Below the pieces are notes generated by a model. That model searched no databases, was not told where the DNA came from, and worked only from the letters and a program-made list of their open reading frames with translations. Both the position numbers and the translations under genes were made by a program. From the NCBI GenBank assembly GCA_964016885.1, contig OZ024741.1, positions 221,340,001 through 221,404,000 on the forward strand: 64,000 bases of DNA, read 5' to 3'. The stretch comes from Eledone cirrhosa. Its lineage: Eukaryota. Each line of letters opens with the position of its first letter. Within the stretch, counting starts at the first letter, position 1. Below, in pieces: positions 1-10,914 of the stretch.

Positions 1-960
1 GTGTGTCGTTTGTGCAGGGCTGATTTTGGTTTGGATTCTACGGCTGGATGCCATTCCATATATATTAGGAGCAATATGTATTTTTTGTGGGGTCTGGGGG
101 GCAGCAAACTGAAGGGCTGCCCCGGGCAGTCCCATGTGGTACACACTCTAGCTACATCACTGTATTCATACAGGATGAATATTGTCTGGTAAAATTATCT
201 CTTTTTTAGCATGTCTCTAATGAAATACACCATCATCATTGTTTAACGTCTATTTTCCACACTGACCATGTCTAGCTCATATGGATCTGTATTTTGGCTT
301 GGTTTCTACAGTTGGATGCCCTTCCTAATGCTAACCGCATTACAGTATGGATTGGATGTTTTTTTATTGTGGCACCTAAACAACCTCCTTATAGTGTGAC
401 CTGGGCATTTTTTGTCATGTCACCAGCACAACCACTTTACAGTGTGACCTTGGCATTTTTTGTCATGTCGCCGACAGGACCACTTTACAGTGTGACCTGG
501 GTACTTTTTGTTATGACACCAACATGATCACCTTATTGTGTGGACTGGGTGCTTTTTATTGTGGTACCTAAATAACCACCTTACTTCACATAAGCAGGAC
601 ATATCTTAACTTACTGAAAATAATCTTCCCTTGTTTTCATTATAATAAGGTTTGCTTATCAAATGCAGGTCTGAAATCTCATTTAAGGTCACATGATATA
701 AATTAATTTACATATGATGTTAACACAGAATTTATATGTCAGGTTTAACACAAAACAAGCAAGTCATCATCTGGAGGCCATAAAAAACATTATAAAACCC
801 ACAGAGATGGGGAAGATTTGGGATAGGACACTTTACCATCAATACCTTCTAAACTACTGCAAAATTTACTAAACAAATCCCTTTCATTCCATGTCTGGAC
901 TTAAAGGCCCCTTACAGACTCACAGTAGACATATTTCTACTTAATATTATATAATAAAAA

Positions 961-1152
961 GGGGCGGTGGATTGGAAGTATCAGTAGAGGGTCGAACACC
1001 ATGCTTTGACGCATAGAGTTATGGCCCTTGCCATTATGAGTTCAAATCCCGCCGAGGTTAACTTTGCCTTTCATCCTTACGGGGTCGATAAAATAAAGTA
1101 CCAGTAATGTACTGGGTAATTGCTGGCCTTGTGCCAAAAGTAGAAACGATAT
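961..1152 (+). mobile_element. tRNA-derived SINE-B with 16-bp target-site duplication
   Basis: GGCGGTGGATTGG..GAGTTCAAATCCCGCCGAGGTTAACTTTGCCTTTCATCCTTACGGGGTCGATAAAATAAAGTACCAG..AAAGTAGAAAC; TSD ATATTATATAATAAAA at 944-959 and 1149-1164. Partial copies at 4980-5090 and 16365-16445. Confidence 0.85.
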
Positions 1153-1164
1153 TATATAATAAAA

Positions 1165-1605
1165 TGTTATAGTTTGCTTGAAACATTGTATATAATATAT
1201 AACGTTGAAAGAGATAGAAGGCTAAACAATGTAAAATGGACTGTAAGATGAGGTAACGAAAGGTAAAAATAAGTTACCTGGTAATCATTTTGTTTTTTGC
1301 TGTTGTTCTTCTGTTTTCTGTCCAATATTTCGCGACCTAAAAGTCCCTTCATCAGGGTTTAAGGAACTTTCAGTGGATAATGTTCCAATTTCCTCGCTTT
1401 GGGATTAAATTTTGATTTTGATTTAAATTTTTCTAAGTCATTTTCAAGCGTTCTTTTATGGTTATTTCACTTTCCACGAGAAATATTGGACAGAAAAAAT
1501 AACAACAAAACAAAGATTACCAGGTAACTTACCTTTCGTTACCTCACCTTATAGTCCATTTTACAATGTTTACCCTTCTATCTCTTTCAACGTTATTTTA
1601 TATCA
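1165..1605. mobile_element. Inverted-repeat pLTR-like element with degenerate hammerhead (1322-1358, -)
   Basis: Arms ~1199-1331 and 1480-1596; minus strand CC-CTGATGA-AGGGACTTTTAGGTCGC-GAAATATT-GG. Confidence 0.62.
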
Positions 1606-1642
1606 AATATTTACACAATCAAGAAGAGTCTTGCTCAGTAAG

Positions 1643-4600
1643 ATCATCATCATCATCATTTTACGTCCACTTTTCCCTGCTTGCAAGGGTGGGACAGGTC
1701 TTATTCAGCCCAGCATCTCTCCACTTGTCACGGTCCTTCGTCATCTTCACCGTGAGCTTCAGCAATCTGAGGTCTTTCTCACCACCTCCACCCATGTTTT
1801 TCGTGGTCTACCTCTACCACGTCTTCCTTCAACTGGCATTTCCTAGCACTTCTTCACCCATCGGTCATCCTCCATACACATCACATGTCCATACCACCGC
1901 AGTCTCCTCTCTCGCACACTACATTCTATCCCTCTCAGACACAGTTTCTCTCTCAACACATGCATGCTGGGTTGTTTACATTGACATTGCACATCCAACA
2001 GAGCAGGCTTGCCTCATTTCTCTCCAGCCGTCGCATATCCTCTGCAGTTGCTGCCCAAGTCTTACTACCATGCAGCATCGTGCTCCTCACACAGGCATCA
2101 TATAACCGGCCTTTTGTACGCAGGGAGAAACCCTTCTTTGTCAGCAGAGGAAGCAGCTCCCTAAACTTCTTCCAACCCGTCCTTATTCTACATACTATGG
2201 CCTCGGAACACGCCCCCCCCTCCCATGCTAATCTGATCTCCTAGGTACCGGAAGCTATCCACCACTTCTATAGCACCCGCCTGCATTTGAAAAATGTGTC
2301 TATCAATGTGACTTCTACTGTCTAATTTCCCTGTGCATACGTATTTCTCCCTACCTGTTAGTTTGCCTATCCCACTACATCTCTTGTGTACCCAAGATCT
2401 GCATTGTATGCATTTTATAGAATTTATGCCAGTTCCTTTTCTGCATATCGAACATGGCCATTTCCCTGACGGAATCAGAGTTTTGTCCTCTTTTCTACTC
2501 ATCAACACTTTTGTCTTAGCTAGGTTCACTCTCAGTCCTCTTGATTCCAATTGCTGTTTCCATACCCAGAATTTATTCTCTAGCTCCTCTACTGATTCTG
2601 CTATAAGAACCAGATCGTCAGCATAGAGAAGTTCCCATGGACAGCCAGTCTTAAACTCCTCTGTTATGGCTTGGCGGATTATAATGAACAAGAGCAGGCT
2701 GAGGATCAAACCTTGATGTACTCCTACTTGTATCTGGAATTCCTCACTAAACTCCATTCCTACCATGACTTTACTGACAGCACCTCTGTACAAAGTTTGC
2801 ACTGTCCTCACAAGCCATTCCTCAACACCTAGTTTCCTTAGGAACCACCAGATGACAGATCGGGGTACCCTATCAAAGGCCTTCTCTAGGTCAACAAAAG
2901 CTATGTATAGTGGCTTATTCTTCTCTAAGAATCTCTCTTGTAATTGTCTCACCAAGAAGAGAGCATCTGTTATACTTTTCCGAGGCACAAAACCAAACTG
3001 CATCTCATCTAGTTTGACCCTTTCTTTAATTAGTTGTGCTAATATCCTTTCTGCCACTTTCATAACCTGATCCATTGGTTTTATACCCCTATAATTGCTC
3101 CTCTCTAGAGCATCCCCTTTACTTTTGTAGCAATTTATGAGAATACTGCTGTACCAGTCTTTGGATATGACACCACCATATATAGCCTGATTGATGATGC
3201 GTGCAACCAGTTTAGTGCCTACATCCCCTGATGCCTTCAGCATCTCATCAAATATCCGTGACAGTCCAGCGGCCTTGCCATTTTTCATTTCCTTAATCGC
3301 CTCTTGGACCCTATATTCGTCAATCTCAATAGCTGGTCCCTCTGTCAGATCTACTAAGGGTAATTTCTCTCTCTCCCATTCGTTCTCCACATTCATCAGT
3401 CTCTCATAATGACATTTCCAGGCCTCCTTTTCTGATCATTCATCACACTAAGTACACCGGCATCATTCCGGACACATTTATCTCCAATAACATCCTGATT
3501 TGCATTGACACACTGCCTTGCAATGTAAAACACCGCACGTCTCTGATCTTCCCGTCGCAGAACATTGGCTAACTTCCTACTCTCAGCCTCCCTGCGTGCT
3601 AAGTACACCTGACGTCTAGCTTCTCTCTTAGCGGCTGTATATCCTTCTCTACTCCCACCCTTTTTCCAAGCCTTCCATGCTAGTCTTTTTTCTCTAATTG
3701 CCCTATCTACCGTGCTGTTCCACCACCAGGTCACTCTCTGTCTGGTTGGAGCTCTGTTCCAGCCACAAGTTTCATCAGTAGCCTGCAGTAAGTTGTCACG
3801 TAAGAAATTCCAGTTATCATCTATGTCATTCGACTCTAAATCGTCTTCTTTTTCGTCATACACATCTTGAAGGGCTTTCCTAAATTTGTATTTTAGTGAA
3901 AGGATTTTAGCTTCCAGACCTTTCTTCTCCACACCTTCCTGTATGTCTCATTCCGTCTCTTGCTTACTGAGATATCACTAACAACTAACCTATGCTGTGG
4001 GGTAGATTTTTCCCCAGGGTATGCTTTGGTACTTGACACCATTTGCCTGTCCTGCTGCCTAATTAGTAAGAAGTCAATCTGGCTTATGTGCTCACCTGAT
4101 TTGTAGGTTATTAGGTGGTTGGCAGGTTTCTGGAAGTTAGTGTTGCACATGTACCCCAGTGTAACCATCCTGGAGCTGTCCAACATGACCATTGAAGTCC
4201 CCTGCTAGCATAACGATGTCTCTGTCTTCTGTCATTGAGGCTGTTTGTAAAAGTTGCTCGTAAAAGCCGTCTTTCTCTTCTTTACCTAGGCCTGCCTGGG
4301 GATCATAGGCAGAGATGATTGTCATTAGTCTCTTGCCTACAACTAATCTAAGCTTAATTATTCTATTATTAACTGGAACTACCTCTATTGTCTTATTAAT
4401 CCATCTCTCAGCCAGGAAAATGCCTACTACCCCTAACCCATCATCCTTACCTATCCAGAAAAGCTTATAACTAAGATGTTTGCCTGCGATTAGTCTCGCA
4501 GAGTCACCCTCCATGTCACCTCTTGCACGCAGCACACATCCACATGACTTCTTTCCAGCATCTCCGCTATTTCAGCAGATCTACCTGTGAGAGTGCCAAC

Positions 4601-4846
4601 ATTAAGTGTTGCAACTCTGAGATGCGACGTCTTCATATTTTTGTTGTTCCTTTTCCTGTAGTGCGATTGTTTGAAGACGGTCGGGGGGTTTCTCGCACAT
4701 GGCCGCCCCGGACACCCCACTAACATGCGCAGCCCTAACATGGTTAGTGCTATTGCTGTTTATGCAGTTATTGCGATATATATTTGTTGTTGTGCTCATA
4801 ATTGTTTTGGCATTAATACACTGGTTGGATGCCCTTCCTAACACCA
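1643..4846 (-). mobile_element. Near full-length RTE-clade LINE (family A), frameshifted: AP endonuclease, RT, PHD-like finger, (GAT)n tail
   Basis: ORF pieces 4490-4741 (LRVATLNVGTLTG), 4137-4535 (IISAYDPQ..LAGDFNGHVG), 3893-4192 (SQIDFLL..QHRLVV), 3396-3932, 2188-3396 (FVDLEKAFDRV, LLYADD). 3' end CTTGCAAGCAGGGAAAAGTGGACGTAAAATGATGATG. 5' motif GGTGTTAGGAAGGGCATCCA near 4825-4846. Confidence 0.93.
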
Positions 4847-5109
4847 AGTATATATATGTATGTATGTATGGATGTATGGATGGATATACATATGTATTTA
4901 TGTATGTGGGTATGTATGCATGTATGTATATATGTATATATATATTTACGATGTATAGTAAGATGTTCTGTGTATACAATAATTGTTTCTACTTTTGGCA
5001 CAAGGCCAGCAATTATCCCAGTACTTTATTTTATCGGTACTTTATTTTATCGACCCGTAAGGATGAAAGGGAAAATTAACCTCGGCGAATGACGTGTAAT
5101 AGATTATAC

Positions 5110-5141
<32 letters not shown>

Positions 5142-5365
5142 TACATACACACATATATATATATACACACATACATATACACACACTCACATTTATGCAA
5201 GCAGGGAAAAGCGGACGTAAAATGATGATGATGATGATGATGATGATGATATATATATGTGTGTGTGTGTGTGCATGTGTGTGTGTGTGTGTGTGTATAA
5301 TTCTAGTTATAGCACCAAGTTAAATCTGCTCAGATCTGATCATATATATGTGTGTATGTCTGTAC

Positions 5366-5422
<57 letters not shown>

Positions 5423-5754
5423 TATAATTGCAGTTATAGCAGAGTGTTAAATCTGCTTAGATCTGATCATAATATATATATATAATTTGTGTGACATTCC
5501 TTTTAGTAATAGCTTTTATTTCCTAAAACCTCTTTAACTATAGTCAATACTTCAATAGAGGGAGAGAATCATTGGTATTGTTTTCTGGTGGAATAGTAGC
5601 CAGATACTGAATGACAGAGAGAAAGACTGTGGGAGGAGGTGGGATGAGGGGGAGTGGGGGGGTGGAGAGAGAGAGAGAAAGAGAGAGTGATTGATAGGCT
5701 GATAGAGAAATACAGTCAGATAGCAATAGCAGATAGCAATGTAGAGACACACAC

Positions 5755-5869
<115 letters not shown>

Positions 5870-5911
5870 ATATATATAATATATAATATATATAATATAT
5901 ATATATATATA

Positions 5912-5946
<35 letters not shown>

Positions 5947-5955
<9 letters not shown>

Positions 5956-6504
5956 TAAAAAAATAATGAATAAAACAATGAATCAGTTCCTTATATTAAA
6001 CAAAAAAAGTTCATTATTTAACGATCGTTTCTAGGATATATATGTGTTAGAATTGGCATGTATATTCAACAGATCTATGTACAAAATTATACAAAATTAT
6101 ACAAACTATCAAAATTAAATATACATACCAACACATATATAAGCCGTCTTCAGAAATAATTATTTCTGAAGACGGCATATATATGTGTTGGTATGTATAT
6201 TTAATTTTGATAGTTTGTATAATTTTGTATAATTTTGTACATAGATCTGTTGAATATACATGCCAATTCTAACACATATATATCCTAGAAACGATCGTTA
6301 AATAATGAACTTTTTTTGTTTAATATAAGGAACTGTTTCATTGTTTTATTCATTATTTTTTTAATATTTTATCTTGACTCTGTATTCCGTTTATCTTTCA
6401 CCGAAAGTGATTTTTCATTGCATCTCTTCTTTCCATGATATCCGGATTACATTGAGTTCTTCATACGGATTGGACACTACCGTAAACTCTTGGTAGATTT
6501 ATCT

Positions 6505-6507
<3 letters not shown>
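5947..6507. mobile_element. Fold-back (palindromic) non-autonomous Penelope-like element in a (TA)n tract
   Basis: Arms of ~212 bp with about 2 mismatches and no loop, centred at 6159/6160; unique tail 6372-6507; hammerhead motif on both strands. Confidence 0.8.
6159..6306 (+). ncRNA. Type I hammerhead ribozyme motif with very long stem II (mirror copy 6013-6160 on -)
   Basis: ATTATTT-CTGAAGA(6166)-[~115-nt hairpin]-GAAA(6288)-C-GATC-GTT^-AAATAAT; 7-bp stem I and palindromic loop 3. Confidence 0.7.
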
Positions 6508-6540
<33 letters not shown>

Positions 6541-6797
6541 ATATATATAATATATATCTATATATATAAAATATATTATTATTATGTAATAAACAACATA
6601 AGGCAATTATTCCATTTACCAGTGGTTTCTTAAAAGCAAAAGGTTTTGCTTTCAATCCTCAGAATGAAAAATCCTGGTTTGTTTATTGAATATGGATTCT
6701 AAAAACAAAATAAAATATATCTATATATATAATATATATATATAATATATATATATATATATAAAATATATATATATATAATATACATATATATATA

Positions 6798-6831
<34 letters not shown>

Positions 6832-6848
6832 AATATATATATATTTAT

Positions 6849-7082
6849 ATAGGAAAATGTTCAAGATCCCGACGGCAGAGCTCAAGCCGTTTCGATGGCT
6901 ATTTCTGGACTAAATTAGATTTTGGGAAAAAAATCTAATTTAGTCCAGAAATAGCCATTGAAAGGGCTTGAGCTCTGCCGTCGGGGTCTTGAACATTTTC
7001 CTATTACCCACTCTACTACCCAAAGTATTGCGTACTCTGGTGCATTATGGTCCACCTGGTTCCTTACCACACTTCCTTCATT
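6849..7082. mobile_element. Fold-back element carrying the 3' half of a hammerhead (GAAACGG..CCGTC)
   Basis: Arms ~6849-6924 and 6930-7004, tail to 7082. Related pieces at 9889-9998 and 10332-10390. Confidence 0.7.
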
Positions 7083-7095
7083 ATATATATATATA

Positions 7096-7172
7096 TTTAA
7101 TGTAGAAAGGCTTCTACAGGACTAGAACTGTTTCATTCCGGAGAAATCATCAGGAAGTCTTTCTACATTAAA
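7096..7172 (-). ncRNA. Type I hammerhead ribozyme motif
   Basis: Minus strand: ..AAAGACTTC-CTGATGA-TTTCTCCGGAAT-GAAACAG-ttctagtc-CTGTA^-GAAGCCTTT..; 4-bp stem III, GUA triplet. Confidence 0.78.
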
Positions 7173-7240
7173 TATTTATACTCTGCTTTGTATTGAGTAC
7201 CTTACTTACTGTGGTTACCCCTGATTGAACCCGAGATAAA

Positions 7241-7274
<34 letters not shown>

Positions 7275-7278
7275 GAAG

Positions 7279-7352
7279 GTTTAATATAGAAAAAGGCTTC
7301 TACAGTATTAGAACTGTTTCATTTGTATGAAATCATCAGAAATCTTTTCTAT
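7279..7352 (-). ncRNA. Diverged copy of the 7096 hammerhead family
   Basis: Minus strand: TTT-CTGATGA-TTTCATACAAAT-GAAACAG-ttctaata-CTGTA^-GAAG; same downstream tail (gtattgagtacctt). Confidence 0.6.
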
Positions 7353-7593
7353 TCTGAACTTTTGTTGTTCTCACTCTACTTATGTATTGAGTACCTTATT
7401 TACTTTGGTTAGCCCCGATTCTACTTGAGATCAATATATATATATCATCATCATCATCATCATCATTTTACGACCGCTTTTCCCTGCTTGCAAGGGTTGG
7501 ACGGGTCCTATTCAGCACAGCATCTCTCCATTTGTCATGGTCCTTCATCATATCCATATATGTGTGTGTGTGTATCCATATATGTGTGTGTGA

Positions 7594-8030
7594 TATTAAA
7601 TAAATGAAAACTATATTTATAAAACCATATTTATTCTATTATATATATTTCAAGGGCACCAAAATTTTGGACGCTCTCATCAGATAAAATACGAAGTGTG
7701 TTTTATAAATTTTGACATAACCAAGGAAAATATACCTTAACAGATCAAGTTTTCCTTGGATAGTTAAGGTGTATTTGAATCGGTAAGGTATATTTTCCTT
7801 GGTTATGCCAAAATTTATAAAACACACTTTGTATTTTATCTGATGATAGCGTACCAAAATTTTGGTACCCTTGAAATATATATAATAGAATAAATATAGT
7901 TTTATAAATATAGTTTCCATTTATTTAATATCATTGAATATTATACTCCAGAAAACCTGCTGAGTGCTCTGAATCAGTTATAAACATTTATATTTGTTGA
8001 ATTACCAACAAATTCAATATCCCTTCTGCT
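7594..8030. mobile_element. Inverted-pLTR element of the 43025 Penelope-like family
   Basis: Arms ~7594-7740 and 7785-7932 with ~45-bp spacer and tail to 8030; sequence matches 43030-43280. Confidence 0.82.
7832..7892 (+). ncRNA. Minimal type I hammerhead motif (mirror copy 7632-7691 on -)
   Basis: TATTTTAT-CTGATGA-TAGCGTACCAAAATTTTGGTACCCTT-GAAAT-ATAT-ATA^-ATAGAATA. Confidence 0.75.
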
Positions 8031-8128
8031 TATATGTGTATATATATATGTATGTATTTATTTATGTGTACATAGATATATGTTGTAGTGCACTTGAGCA
8101 CTGTACACAATAATTTCATTATATATAT

Positions 8129-8470
8129 GGAGGCAGATGGCTGAGTGGTTAGAGCATTGACCTTGCAATCGAAAGGTTGTGAGTTCAATTCTCAGACCCG
8201 GCGATGTGTTGTTTCCTTGAGCAAGACACTTTATTTCACATTGCTTCAGTTTACTCAGCTGTAGAAATGAAATGATAGGGACTGGGGTCCATATCATTCC
8301 ACTGTAAAGTGAACGTGTAGGTGCCACGGAAAAAAAGCACCCAGCACTCACTGTAAATGAGGTTGGTGTTAGGAAGGGCATCCAGCTGTAGAAATCAAGC
8401 CAGAATCAGTTGCCGACCCACCCTTGCAAGCAGGGAAAAGTGGACGTAAAATGAAATGATGATGATGATG
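8129..8470 (+). mobile_element. tRNA-derived CORE-type SINE with RTE-derived body and tail (SINE-A)
   Basis: A box GGCTGAGTGG, B box GAGTTCAATTC, CORE-like CCTTGAGCAAGACACTT..CAGCTGTAGAAATG, RTE 5' motif GGTGTTAGGAAGGGCATCC, RTE-A 3' end and (GAT)n. Confidence 0.85.
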
Positions 8471-8485
8471 ATATATATATATTTA

Positions 8486-8579
<94 letters not shown>

Positions 8580-8900
8580 TAGTGTACATACATATATATG
8601 TATATATACAAATAAGTATATATCTATATATATACATATACATATATATATATATATAAAAATAAGTATATATGTATATATATATACATACATGTATACT
8701 TTTTTTTTTCTTTCTTTATATTTTTCATACACATTTTACCTCCAGTTAGTCTTCCATTATTTATTTTTTTATTTTATTGTAATTTATTTTATTTAATTTT
8801 CTCTGTCTTTCTTACTTTTTGGTTCTCGGCTTTAAAAAGTACAAGATACTTCCCCTAGTCTTCCCATAACTTACTAGCTCTATACGGACGTCTAGATCGA

Positions 8901-9125
8901 TTAATCCTTTAGCATTTAAACCGGCCATATCCGGCCAGAATTCTCTCACCTCTTTCTGTTCAATCTGGCTGTAACTGGTCACTCATACTGATGTTAAGGT
9001 ATTGTTCTCAAAATAAATAATATCAAAATCTCATAGATTCGATATTATGTGAGATATGTCAAATAAAGTCTTTACCGCGAAAATAGAATCGTATATATAC
9101 AGTAATGTAAATGCTAAAGGGTTAA
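8901..9125. mobile_element. piggyBac-type MITE
   Basis: TTAA-tCCTTTAGCATTTA ... TAAATGCTAAAGGG-TTAA terminal inverted repeats with TTAA target site. Confidence 0.8.
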
Positions 9126-9200
9126 ATATATATATATATATAAATATATATATATAAATATATATATATAAGATCAAAAGATGGTTAAAAGAGTTCCATG

Positions 9201-9271
9201 TATTTTATTATGCGCATTTCAAAAACAAATATCATCATGAGATGACATTTGCGTTTTCGTCAGATAAAATA
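9201..9271 (-). ncRNA. Minimal type I hammerhead motif in a solo pLTR-like insert (9170-9430)
   Basis: Minus strand: TATTTTAT-CTGACGA-AAACGCAAATGTCATC-TCAT-GATGATATTTGTTTTT-GAAAT-GCGC-ATA^-ATAAAATA; perfect 8-bp stem I, palindromic GCGC loop. Confidence 0.78.
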
Positions 9272-9445
9272 GGGAGACATGATATGAAGGTTAAAAAACA
9301 TTTGTGAATAGTGCAGTTTTAAATCATATTATTTATACTCCAGTCCTACAAACTGTAGAGTGCTACTTATCCGATATCTGCATTGCTTTATTGTACTACA
9401 ATAAAACTCACCTCCTACATCACCTCCTACATATATATATATATT

Positions 9446-9493
<48 letters not shown>

Positions 9494-9681
9494 CTAGACT
9501 AATAGATAAATCAATTGATAGATAAGTAAATATAATTATGTAGATAACTGAATACTAAACACACATTTCTGTTTATATATGTAATGTTGTTTCTCATATG
9601 GTTGGAAGGAGGACACACAGACATAATTTCTCTATTTCTTATCTATATACATGCCTGTCTTTCTGTCTATCTATCTATCTA

Positions 9682-9751
<70 letters not shown>

Positions 9752-9855
9752 TTTGTCTATCTCTCTCTCTATATATATATATATACTCACATACACACAC
9801 ATGTTTATCAAGGAAACGAGCCGTTAAATGATGATAACGATGATTATATATATAA

Positions 9856-9891
<36 letters not shown>

Positions 9892-10014
9892 CGAAGGAAG
9901 TGTGGTAAGGAACCAGGTGGACCATAACGCACCAAAGTACTCAATACTTAGGGTAGTAGAGTGGGTAATAGCAACGAGTAGGACCCCGACGGCTGAGCTA
10001 TATGTGTGTGTATA

Positions 10015-10080
<66 letters not shown>

Positions 10081-10278
10081 TATACACACACATATACACA
10101 CACACACATATACACACACAAATATTGTATATATATATATATATATATATACACAGACATATACACACACAAATATTATATATATGCACATACAAATACA
10201 CACAAATATTATATATATATACATATACACACACACACACAAATATATATATACACACACATTTACACACACCAATAT

Positions 10279-10309
<31 letters not shown>

Positions 10310-10400
10310 ATATATATACATATATATATGTATAGGAAAATTTTGAAGACCCCGATGGCAGAGCTCAAGCCGTTTTAGCAGCTATTTCTGTATATATATA

Positions 10401-10505
<105 letters not shown>

Positions 10506-10914
10506 ATACCTTTCATTTATATATATATATATATATATATATAATAGAAATATATATATACACATATATATATATATACACACACAGCTATATTTGTATT
10601 TTATGTACATCATTGTATCTGTGTATGTGTGTATGTGTTTATGTATTCATATATGTGCTTCCATATGTATTCATGTATGTGTGTGTGTGTGTGCCTCAGA
10701 GTGTGTGTGTGTGTGTGTGTGTACCTGTATGTGCATGTGTATGCACTTTTTTGCGCACCCAACCATGTGACCTTCATGCTGTGTATGTGTCTCTGTCTGA
10801 CTGCCTGCATCACATGTTGCTACATTATCCAGGTGTGCATTAGCAACAGCAGCAGATGCCGCAAGGGGGGAGGGGATATGGGGGGGGGGGGGGCGACAGA
10901 GATATAGGAGGCTG

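Noticed and set aside
8129-8200. tRNA gene
   Set aside because: A and B boxes are present but the cloverleaf is imperfect and runs into a SINE body; it is a SINE head.
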